Program-made: the position numbers and the translations under genes
Notes under the pieces: model-generated
Database searches by the model: none
The model's input: only the letters and a program-made list of their open reading frames with translations
Told to the model about the DNA's origin: nothing
In this document: in pieces, positions 25,891 to 37,225 of the stretch
How the letters are laid out: each line of letters opens with the position of its first letter
Numbering within the stretch: the stretch's first letter is position 1
Source of the DNA: Octopus bimaculoides
Lineage: Eukaryota
Reading direction: 5' to 3'
NCBI RefSeq assembly: GCF_001194135.2
Contig: NC_068999.1
Coordinates: 53,709,254-53,773,253 of the forward strand
Length of the DNA: 64,000 bases

Positions 25891-28099
25891 CTAATGTATT
25901 CTATCTCACAAAAAAAGTGAGACATCACTAAAGGCAAATAGATGTGGTTGACATATGGAATTCTCAAGATTGCTTCAGTTCCTGATTTGAATGAATTTAC
26001 TTCACTGATACCAGTAATAACCAAGGGAGAAGTATAAATATCCAAACTTTTCTCCATTCTCCACATTTCTGTAAATCAGAAAATTTTTCATTACCTGCAT
26101 CCTTTTAAATTTTGAGTATAGACTTGGTATTGAAAGAGCTGGAACAAGTTCTGCAAGGCATTTTGTCTGAAGCTGTTTCTAATATAAGCACAAAACCTGA
26201 AATTTGGTGTAATAAAAGCAGTCAATTATATCGACCCAGTACTTGACTGGTATTTACTCAGAACATGAAGAGCCATAACTAGGCATTTTGTCCAATGTTC
26301 TAATAATAATAAATATATAATGATGATGATGATGAAGATAATAGTTTCTGATGTCGTCACAAGACCAGCAGTTTTGAGGAGAAGAGATTAGTCAATAGCA
26401 TTGATCCCAGCACTTTATTTTATTGTTCCTGAAGGGATGAAAGGCAAAGTTGACCTTGGTGGGATTTGAATTAAGAATTTAGAGTTGGAAGAAATGCCTT
26501 TAGGCATTTTGTCAGAGACATCAAGGGACAACAAGGTTTTGCATCTGAAGATGCTAACAGGTGAGGTGCCATGCAACTAAAAACACTGATTTCTGTGAAA
26601 GAACAAGAAAACAAAACAGAGTAAGGTTGCATTTACATGGACATAGAATATGTGAGGCATCCATAAGTATGATCTTTTGTAATTTACTTATTTTGGAGCT
26701 ACCATACTTGTTTGCTCTTCTTGATATCAATCCAATAACTGTATTAATGGTGTTGTTTTGGGATGCCACATTCTTCAAAAATTTCAACTTGTTGGTGCTT
26801 CTTAAGTCCAACGTCCTCCCTACCTTTTTCTTTTCCTATGAAGTCTGGGAATTCGAAGAGAAGCTATTCTAAAACTACTCCCGTCCTTTTATGGCCCGAG
26901 TTCGAATTCAGACAAGGTTGACTTCACTTTCTGCATTGTATTCAAGAATTAGAGTTCGTTTTAATCGACTGTGTGTCCCTGTGCTTATATTACCAATCAA
27001 TATTTGTGTCTGCTACGGCTCTCTTTATTACTATGTCACTGTTGTTAATATTATTGCTGTGGTTACTATTATAATCCAGCTGTACTCATTATCTTGCCTC
27101 TCACCATGACCAACACATTTAACTTCACGCTCCATTCATTCATGCCAATACAAGTAATCGTTATTGTTCTCTAAAAACTCGATCATATTTACTCGTGCGC
27201 AGGCGCGAGCGTGTGTAAGTATACGTACCTACGTATGTGTGTGTTTGCGTGTATTCCTGCAGCATATGTGTGTGTGTGTGTTTGCGTGGATCTATGTTTC
27301 TGCAGTAATCTATCGACCGTGCAATACTTTACTCAATGCTGGCGTCTGATCGCTTTTAGCTTCGAACAATGTGAGAGAAAAAGAAAGAAAAAGAGGAGGG
27401 AGTTTGTATGTATGTGCTCGTGAGTGCGTGTACGAGATAGTGTGTGCGTGTGTTCCTAACACAAAATGTGGAACCTATGTATGAGAAAAGATAGAAAAAG
27501 AAATAAGCCATATATACCAAAGAATATGCAGAGTGAGTGTAAAGGATGAACATGAGTGTGGTTGTGTGTGTGAGCGAGGCAGGTAAGATCCTATGTAGCA
27601 AAGAGTGTGTGTTTGCAAACAACAAATCATATGTAACAAAGAGAATATGTGTGTGTGTGTGCGCAAACGAGAAATCATTTGTAACAAAGAGCGAGATAAG
27701 TCAATCCGTAACAAAGAGAATGTGAAAGAGATGAGGTATATGTAGGTGTAATTGTATATGAGAAGGAATACGATTTTACTGGGAAAGCGAGAGAGAGAGA
27801 AAGAAAATGTATGTGGGCTGCAAACAGTGCGAAGATAACGGTAAAGATCGGGTGAGTGGTGAGTTCAAGCATAACGGCTGGTAGTTGGAAACAGAAAGGA
27901 CAAGATAGAAACGTGGTAATGCAATCGCCCATTGGTTAAGCTAGACTGCGCCTACAATGTTTTCTTCGTCGTACTACCACTACTACTGTTACTGTGGTGG
28001 TCGTCATTACGAACAATCCATGTTGTGTGTTGATGCTGATACAAACAAGATAGAGACATACATATGTTTACCATAACATCATTTTGAACTGTAAGAAGC

Positions 28100-28491
28100 A
28101 CGTCTCTTGGTTCTTTTTTTTTATCTATCGTTTTCGTTCATTCATTGCATACCCACACAAATTTGTGCGCGCACGCATACTCACTGTACACAATGCACAG
28201 TCTCTCTTATTATATTTTTTTACCTCGTCGGGAAACGAACCCATCTGTCTAGCCTACCTTCTCTACGTTTCCTGCTGCTGTTGCTCCTGTCTCTAAATTA
28301 CTGCTGCTGTTGCTGCATGCAATCGTTGCTGCTGCAGATGGTGGAGGGGAAAATGCTAACCGAAATCGGAGATAACGAGGAAACAATAGCAAGCAATAGT
28401 AGTTGCAGTAGTTTGTTCATCACTACCATCATCATCATCACCAGAAACACAAATAGACTCCTTAGCAACTCGAGAGATCGTAGAGGTTAAG
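28100..28491 (+). other. Candidate first (5' leader) exon A with a 57-codon uORF (28317-28490)
   Basis: Donor-like GAG|GTTAAG (28486) and AAG|GTAATC (28492) inside the CpG-rich zone; ORF MQSLLLQMVEGKMLTEIGDNEETIASNSS...RDRRG*. The 5' boundary is approximate. Confidence 0.35.
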
Positions 28492-29039
28492 GTAATCTTT
28501 TACTTTCACACCCGTCTCACGAGACGTGCGTAATCACTAATCGTCGGACTTTCGGAACAGCTATCATTGCCTCACGGAGAAAGTAAAGGAGAAGGAATTG
28601 GGTGATTGTTTCCTTCTGTGAAAGAATTTTGTGTCCTAAATATCTAAATATTTTTTTCGACATTTTTGCTCCACCCCCACCCAATTCCATGTCATTTTAC
28701 TATTACTCCTGTCTCACGAAACGGATGTAATAATATTTTACGCGCCACGTAATGATGTTTATTTTAAACTATTTGTAATCTTTTAGTTTGTGTTTCCGAT
28801 CTTCAGTTCCGCTCAGTTCTTTCATTGTTTTTAGTGAATTGCAATTAAAAAGTTTAGTCTTTTTCTTAGGGATTTCATATTGCTTGTCTTGTGGTTCTTT
28901 ACGATAGTGAAGTTGAAACTGATGATGTTGATAATGTTGCGGATGATGACATAAGCCCAGTCAAACAGTCTGTCTAGTCAATATAACAAGACCACTCAAA
29001 CACTCTCTCTCTCTCTCTCCCAGTTTCATTCAATCCACC

Positions 29040-29273
29040 TCTCACTTTCTCCCCTCTCGTTCGCGCTGTCGTCTTCGATACCTCTTGCTCTCGTTGTGAA
29101 TTCTTCATTGTGAAAGAGAGTCAGCAAACCAGCTTGTTAGTTGAGAAGTGAGAAAATAACACATGCACACACACACTCACACACAAACCGTTTGTTGCAG
29201 CCATTCAGTGAGGAATTGTTCAGACAGATGTTACCACCACAACAAACAGTTGACTTGCTAAACAGTTAGCAGG
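29040..29273 (+). other. Candidate alternative first (5' leader) exon B
   Basis: Consensus donor CAGG|GTAAGT at 29274, downstream of a pyrimidine/CpG-rich tract; contains short uORFs such as ATG 29228 MLPPQQTVDLLNS*. The 5' boundary is approximate. Confidence 0.45.
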
Positions 29274-30283
29274 GTAAGTTTGTGTTTTTTTCCCCTCACT
29301 AACGTTTTACTATAATGATGTCCACAATAAACGTCCAACACACCCTTTCACACTCTCTACTTCTTTTTTCTCCCCCATCACCATCGTCACATTATATTTT
29401 CTGACGTGTTAACAGAAAAGACAAGTTCTGTGCCGGTAGAGTCTGTCTCTTGTCTATATTTTTCTATGAATAAATAGAAAAACAAGTACAAAGACGTTCA
29501 AATAGATAAACAAACCTTTCCCTGCTAATTTCTGTCTCTTTCTCCCCTTTATATTTACATCATTACTTCTTTCTCTTTCCATGTTTTGCTGGTGTCTCGT
29601 ACACTCATCCTTTCTCTTCAAACGTTCTCTCTCTCTCTCTCTCTCTTCTCATACTATTTACATATGTCTATTGCAACTCTCACATTTCCTATTACTCTAT
29701 CTGCTGTCCTTTCTCTCTTCCTTTCTGCTCACCATTCTACGGCTACACTCCTGCCATACGTATCAGTCGACATCTGTTCCCTTTTATCCCTTCTGTATCT
29801 CATTGGTTATCATCTCCTCTTTTGCAATAATCTTTCACGCGTCTTTTCTTTCTCTCAGCCCTTTGTAATTCTCTACTTCTGATTATATATATATATATAT
29901 GGAAAGAGAGAGATAACTACACAAGTGTGTTCCTACCTCGACCTCTGTAACGTATTTGTAGAAAAATTCATTTAAAACATACCCATTTTTCTAAGAGATA
30001 TGAGGAAACAAAGTCGGTGTGACACACACTTGTTATGTTTATGTGTGTGCGTGGATAGAGAGAGAGAGAGAGAGACAAAGTCTGTATGTGTAATCCTCAC
30101 TTTTTTCACATTATTCACTCTTTTTATCTCTTTCATCTACTCTTTTCGGCGCCCTTTCTTTTACAGTTTGCCTAGGTTAACACACAAATCAGCCGACTAC
30201 CCTCATTTTCATTGTATACCTAGAGCACCTGTCTACGCATTTTGAGGTGACGAAATCATTAACTACATCGTTCTTCACATATT

Positions 30284-30317
<34 letters not shown>

Positions 30318-31059
30318 CCCATCCCGTTAGCTATAACATGTATCTATATTTTTTGTTGTCTGCCTTTTCTTTTTCCGTCTTCCTTCATTAATATATCCTT
30401 TATAACTATTTCATATGCATACATCCAGAAGCTTTGAATAAAACTGTGTATGTATGTAGATATATATATATATATATGTATATATCTGATGATACGCCAT
30501 AAAGTTAAACCCTTTATGGACGGGAAATTTAAGGTAACCCTATAAACCGACCTTCCCCATTTTATATATGTATATATATGCACACCTACGTATAATTGAG
30601 TGTGTGTGTGTGCTGTTTCATTCATGCTTATTCCACCATCCCTTCGCTCCTCCCCTCTGTAAAGCCTGTCCACGTTTTCAACTCACACGTGTTCACATGT
30701 AAAACGTAAGTAGTCAACTTACTGCAGATCACCTCTATATCTTCTTTTTATATGTTGAGCACTGTAATATGTTCACTCTCCCACATCACACACACACACA
30801 CACGCTTTCTCCCTCCGTAAATGTATCTATATATATAGATAGATATACACACACACGTGTACTTCTGTACCCACGTGTCTATTAGCAACCCATTTGAATG
30901 CATTCATAGATATTAGATATACCGAAAGAGCGAAAGTAAAGAATATGCACACCACCCGTTTTCCGCGTTTAGGGTTGCGCCGAAAACGGGTGGTGTGCAT
31001 ATTCTTTACCTCTACGTACCGAAAGTACCAACTTGGACACATATATAAGGGGGTGGGAC

Positions 31060-31800
31060 AGAATGAGCAAGTTTTACTGCGTTTTTGCCTTTCAGAAAAG
31101 ACACATTTTTTCAAGTGTTCATTACGTTGCAAAAACAATATCTGCTATGAAAATGACCTTCTCTAAATGCATTAATTAAAAACACGATAACATACTCAGA
31201 AAACTATTTCAGAAAATTATCACCGTTCTCTTTGAGCATATAAAAGACAAATTTAGCTGGGCCCAAATGAATAAGACAAAATATGGTAAAATTGCCGCTT
31301 TAATTCTTTAGAATTACATTTGGAAACAGACTCATACACATCAATATCCATTCTTAGGCATCAGAAAAATTAGAAATGCATCAAGAATTTAAAATATCTA
31401 GGTCAAATGAAAGAGGGTCGTGGAAAAATGGCACACGGTAGGAAATTAGCGAAACTCGATTAGAGCTAAAAACTCCAACATTAAATATATAGTTCCTTCA
31501 TGATCAGCTGGAGTGGTTCTCTTCCTAATATACTTATGCACCATGCAATTACAGTGAAGAAATTATTGAAATTAGTCATTACTCATTTTGTCCCGATTTA
31601 GACATCATTATTTGAAAACTGAAAATTATCAAATTAGACATTAGTGTGGGGGGAAATTGACTTGGAATCCAACAAAGAAAAACATTCATTGTTAAGTAAC
31701 AAAAATTATCCAGATTTTTTGTTAACAAATTCAATTAAAACCGAGTCGAAGTTGAGGAAACATTTCTTGAAAAGAAAAAGTACCTCTCACCTATGTTTCA
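31060..31800 (+). mobile_element. Highly decayed L1/Tx1-like LINE reverse-transcriptase relic
   Basis: Colinear broken motifs: NICYENDLL (YADD-like), KFSWAQMNKTKY (SGLxINxxKS-like), NLKYLG, KLDISVGGN*LGI (GGLG-like); many stops and frameshifts. Confidence 0.45.
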
Positions 31801-31904
31801 AACTCTCTGAACTTCAACAAGAACAACTGTGCTGACCAATGTTTGCTCCTAAAGATACTCTGACTGGAGCTTGGTGCAGCTCTCCAGCTGTTTTTATTTA
31901 TATA

Positions 31905-31949
<45 letters not shown>

Positions 31950-32632
31950 TCACATAGATATATACAGATTACATACACACCTATCCACCCACATGTGTGT
32001 GTATACACTTAGATACACACGGATAAACACACACATTTAATGCTACTCTTTCTAGCCTTTCCTTTCTCTCTCTGTCTCAGTCTGCTTAATTTTTTTTTTT
32101 TTGTCTCAAACCAACATTCCCAATGCTTATATAATCGCTTAATTCTATATTTGTTGATTTTACCCCAATTTTTGCTGATCATTTACTAAGCATATTTTGC
32201 AACTAACCACCCTGTACCGTCCGTCCGTTGTAAGTGTAAGTGCACCAGCCTGTGGTCCATATATGTATCATATGTTGATGTTATTTACAGACACAAATGC
32301 GCGCGCTCCCGCACATACATAATGCACAGTTCGACATACTTAGGGAGGGTTGTAATTTGTCTTTTGAAGCTGTACAATTGAATTATAGATGTGTCGGTAT
32401 CTGTATGCTGCACAAATATCATGTTCTGTGTGTATGTATATTATATTTGCGTGTGTCTTATATGTGGTTCCTTCCATTCTACAGATTACATAAACTGACA
32501 CATATTCGTGTGTGTTTGTGTGTATGTATATATATTACACATGCGCGCGCGCGTATATATATATATTTAATGGGACTGTCACGTTAAGTTGGCAGTATAC
32601 AACTACTTTATATAATATATATATATATAAAT

Positions 32633-32864
32633 TCGTTGCTATTATGCAAGTGTCGTAAGTCCAAAACGTTGCTTTTTCAGAAAAATTAGTTTCACCATTC
32701 CATAGCAAAAACTGTGTACTGCACTTTGACGATATCTTGGCATTTGAAGCAGCCAGAGATACGATAGTTTGACCAAAAGAACTGGCTATTGCAAGCAAAA
32801 GTAAATATTGAACAAACCGCATTTGGCCAAATTATGGACATACTATAGTTCAACATAACAACGA
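32633..32864. mobile_element. MITE-like element copy 1 (TIR tcgttgYKattatg)
   Basis: Ends attcgttg / caacgaat are inverted; flanked by (TA)n; homologous to 35065-35318. Confidence 0.6.
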
Positions 32865-33439
32865 ATATATGCTCTCATACAGGAATTCTCGCATTTCACA
32901 CAATTCCTAAAGTGTATGCTAATGGCTTAAGCACAGATTTTTTAAAAACTTTATAATTCTCTTTCATTCCGTCTATCTGTTTTTATTTTTCTATTTATTT
33001 GTATCATTTTTTTAATGTCTGCTTGCTGGTTGTTTTCCAGTCAGATGCTCTTCCCGGCGCCAACCCATTTAGTCGTCACGCTGGGGAATACAGTGTACTT
33101 ATTCCAAAAAAAAACACGATATACAGGGACACCGATATATTACATGCACGTGTATAACTTATACAGATGTAAACACAAGCAGACACACACATACACGATA
33201 CAGTCTCGTGTTCGTACACGCGCACTCAATATTTAATATGTGGTGGGGAGAGGGGCGAAAGGATCTTGGTTCTTGTTTTTTACTCAAACATGGCAATGAC
33301 TTTAAACATGTCTAACGAAAGCAACAGTTGCACATTATACCAGACTAAATGTCTATCTACCATAATCTACAGTTGCCAGATGGTTTCCGTGTATTCTATC
33401 CTCTCCCATTAAACACATCTTTTTCATTGGTGATTGGGG

Positions 33440-34560
33440 GTCTGTTATTAACAGACTTATTATAAATCAACAGATGATGTTATTAGTGACTAAATATGTT
33501 GTTATACCTGTTGTCTTCCGAGTGAGCATCTGCTATTGTTACGCCTCCTGTCCTATACTAACTGAATAGTCTGTTGTTGTGTATGTTTATCGAATAACTA
33601 TATGGTTGTTACGTCTTTTGTCTCCTTGTAAGGAAAATAGATAAATTATCATGCCTGTCGTCCTGTATGTAAATTGTTAAGTCAATATCCTATAATGGCT
33701 AGTATGCTATACCTATTGTCCTATAAGAATGATTTTGTTATGCCTATTATACAACCAAAATATGATGTGGCTGTGTGGTAAGAAGTTGGCTTCCCAGCCA
33801 CATGGTTCCGGGTTCATTCCTACGTTGGGCAAGTGCTTTCTACTATAGCCCCCGGCCGACCAAAGCCTTATGAGTGAATTTGGTGGACGGAAACTGAAAG
33901 AAACCCGTCGTGCACGCTGTCTGTCCACCACCGCTTGACAACCAGTGCTGGTTTGTTTACGTCACCGTAACGTAGCGGCTCGGCAAAAAGCGACGATAGA
34001 ATAAGTACAAGGCTTAGAAAAAAGTACTGGAGTCGATTTGTTGAAGAGGGTGCTCCAGCATGGTCTGAAACAAGTAAAAGATAAAAGAAAGATTATGCCA
34101 TTTGTTATAGGATGACAAATCTGATGTTATGTCTTGTCCTGTAGCCACTGAGCTTGACGTTATGTCTGTTCTAGATGGGACTGAGTATATTATGTTTGCG
34201 TAGTTCACAAGTGTTAGGGACTAGGTGTATTGTTGTGTCTGTTATCCCGTCCTAATGTATACCAAATATATTATTATTATTATTATTATTATTATGGTTA
34301 TTATTCTAACGGACCGGATATATTGTTTAAATATCCTGCACTGATGGATTGAGTATATTTATTATCTGTTGTGATATCTATTGTTCCACGGCGGCTGAGT
34401 GTGTCGCATAATAGTAGTAACTAAGTATATTGTTGTTATGTCTATTACCCGCAAGTAACTGCGTATGATATTGTTTGTTTATTATACCAAAGAAACCGAA
34501 CCGTGTACATTTCCATGTTCATACGATCTGTTGTCTGCCCGCCAAGGTAAACTAAAACCG
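33440..34560. repeat. Degenerate 33-40 bp minisatellite array, split by a SINE
   Basis: Recurring core (g)actgagtatatt-gttatgtctgtt with variable middles. Confidence 0.55.
33764..34090 (+). mobile_element. tRNA-derived SINE family A, CpG-intact copy inserted in a degenerate minisatellite
   Basis: Full head-to-tail match to family A, with CpGs retained (cccccggccgacc, gtagcggctcggc). Confidence 0.85.
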
Positions 34561-35064
34561 CAAGGAAAAGAAGGTGCGTTTGTAGAAACGTGTGTGGATT
34601 GGTCGACTCGTAGACACATGCACGCACTCTAGTTTCACGTGAGACCACACCTACTCGCGGCGATTCCCATCTGCATTTGCAATGACCTTGGTGCTTGCTT
34701 GGAGAAAAATACAAGCTAGAGTAACTGAAACGTTGATCAATAAACAGTGGATATAGAGGAACGGGCTTGACTGATTGGATACAAAGGTGGACGAAAGGTA
34801 TATACAGTTTGGATTACCAGGTATTTTACAAAGTCTGTTAGTAGATGGAAATGTTGGTGAGTAAAGTAGTCGGGTAGACAGGTACAGACAGATGTGATGG
34901 TGTTGCGGCTAAATGAATTAACAAACTGCCTGGCTGGTTAACAGTATAAGACATCAAAGGAGGATATAAATTCTACCAGATATTATTAAGGCTTTATTAT
35001 GTATGTGCGCGCGTGTGTGAATAATATATATGCACGCGCGCATGTCTGTCCATCTATCTATCTA

Positions 35065-35318
35065 TCGTTGCGATTATGCAGAAATGTCGTTAAGTCCAAA
35101 ACGTTGCTTTTTCAGAAAATGAAAAAAATAGTGTCACCATTCCATAGCAAAACCGTTGTACTACACTTTGACAATTTTTGGTATCTTGGCATCTGAAGCA
35201 GCTAGAGTTAAGATAGTTTGACCTAAAGAACTGGTTATTGCATGCAAAAATAAATATTGAAAAAAAAAACGCATTTGGCCAAATTTGGACATACAACAGT
35301 TTAACATAATAACAACGA
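35065..35318. mobile_element. MITE-like element copy 2
   Basis: TIRs tcgttgcgattatg / cataataacaacga pair at 12 of 14 positions; flanked by (TATC)n and (GA)(TA)n. Confidence 0.6.
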
Positions 35319-37181
35319 GAGAGAGATATATATNNNNNNNNNNNNNNNNNNNNNNNNNNNNNNNNNNNNNNNNNNNNNNNNNNNNNATATTGGAAGATAT
35401 TAAGAATGAATAAGTACCTTATTGTTTGAGTTCTTGCTGTTCTGCGTGTACCCTATAAATTATTATTTGTTTGGCTGGCATCTACACACATCAGCAAATA
35501 ATTTTGTTTGCGAATTCCTTATAAACAAGAGCTGTCACTTTTCAGATTCATTGATCTAGCGGGGTAGCTTTGAGACATTCGGCGAGGTCGAAGTTGCCAC
35601 AGGGTCTCAAAGTCCCGTTAAACCAGTAAATCACGTGTGTTTGAAGCTTTTAATTATAAAGAAGAATTTAGCAGAGTCCACGACAGAGTTCTCACGTACG
35701 GTTAAAGCCATTTCGCTTCACTTAAATGCTGGATGCTATGGGGCAAGGCAGGAATACCGCGCACTCACTCTTTCTCTGCCATCCTTAAAGTTTGTGATAG
35801 TATGCAATCGTATTTTATTCTGTCAGTAAAACCTGTCACTGTACAATTATACCCACTTAAATGGACAACAAACTCGTCTATTATATTTCTAATTAACTAT
35901 TTATTTTTTTAAATAGCTAATTAGTTTTATTAAGTCTTTGGATTCTTAGATTATTATTTCCATATTTTTAATATCGTTGTTAAGACTCAAGTCTGCTCTG
36001 AACAAGCTGACAAATGTTTGAAGGTGTTCTAGCCGTGACCATCTCATTTTATTGTATATAGAGGATCACTTTGCCCATGTCCTTCCTTCCTTTCTTTTAA
36101 AATAGTAGGGTTTAATATCCAGTGAGATTTGGCTGCTATTTCTAGCAAGTTTAACGACCACACATTTTCCCTTATTGTTGTTGCTGGTTAGCCAGAGGCA
36201 TGTGCTGAATGAGTAGACCATTGATCAGACATTCCAGTCATGACTATCCCATCTATTTAGACATATCTTAGACTACATTTTCCAAAGTGTCTTTCTCTTT
36301 TTGTAGATGGTCAGGTTGGTGATTTGAAGTAGATTTGACTGCTGCCTCCAGCAGATTCAGTGACCTCATAGTCGTCTCATTGTTGTTCCTCTGTGCCTGT
36401 TTTAGAAACAAATTTAATGTCAAGTCAAACAAAAGAAGTTCTGCTTAGCTGCTCAACCTGCTAGATATGATAGCCACATCCTCCTCAAATCACATACTGC
36501 CATCTTTGAAAAGAATAATGGATGAACACATTGGTCAATGTAATCTGAGTACATTTTATCTGACGAAACAATGGCATATCACTTTTTTTTTTTTGGTGGC
36601 AGAGGTGGGGCAATAGGGCTCACCTGGGGCTGGACAGCTAAAACTAGTCTAAGATAAAAGAATTACACACAAGACAGACATCTGTAGATTGTTCGCATGG
36701 TGTCTGGTTTTGTTTAAACCAGTTATCAAGTGAAAAGGTTAGTCAGTTACCTTCTGCTAAAGGTAATTAACAGCTTTACTTCACCCACTTTAGATATCCA
36801 GGTTCAGGTGTAATAGTGGAGTAGAGGAAGGAAAAAAAAGAAATGAAAATTCCATTAACCAGGTCTTGTTTATTTCTTTATTAACCCCTTCCTCCACCAT
36901 GCACTCTCTCTCTCTCGTGTATATATATATATATATCCATCTAATAATGAATATATAAACTTTCACCTGAACATAAAAGGGGCTTTTGTTCTCCCTCATT
37001 GGAACCTGTTTGGTAGAAATCTACTCGCCTTACCCAGTTTGTGTATTGCTGTTTTTCTTCAGTCGTTCATCCACTCTTCTCCCTTCTTCATGTCTGCCAA
37101 CACTAACACCTGTGACAATATTTTGTGGACTCTTTTCTCCCACAGGCTGTTGTCTAACTTGATGAGTAGTCAGTGAACTAT

Positions 37182-37225
<44 letters not shown>

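Larger units (their letters stand above)
26900..29300 (+). promoter_or_regulatory. Putative unmethylated promoter / CpG-retaining region, probably upstream of the SLC16 gene
   Basis: Abrupt rise in CpG dinucleotides relative to 1-26.8 kb; CCAAT-like cgcccATTGG near 27926; (CT)n tract at about 29003-29020; two strong 5' splice donors downstream. Confidence 0.5.

Noticed and set aside
26554-26872. Overlapping 85-aa (minus) and 103-aa (plus) ORFs next to the CpG zone
   Set aside because: Both use non-ATG starts, are closed upstream by in-frame stops and show no recognisable domain.
30968-30976. Telomeric repeat
   Set aside because: A single TTAGGG in a hairpin loop, not an array.
32535-32822. 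Signal-peptide-like minus ORF MRFVQYLLLLAIASSFGQT..., also open for 37 codons in the second copy (35274-35161)
   Set aside because: It lies inside a TIR-bounded repeat. Between the copies I count about 8 non-synonymous versus 2 synonymous changes over the first 30 codons and then a frameshift, which is compatible with neutral drift.
33440-34560. CRISPR-like repeat-spacer appearance
   Set aside because: Eukaryotic context, degenerate repeats, irregular period and no cas genes; treated as a minisatellite.
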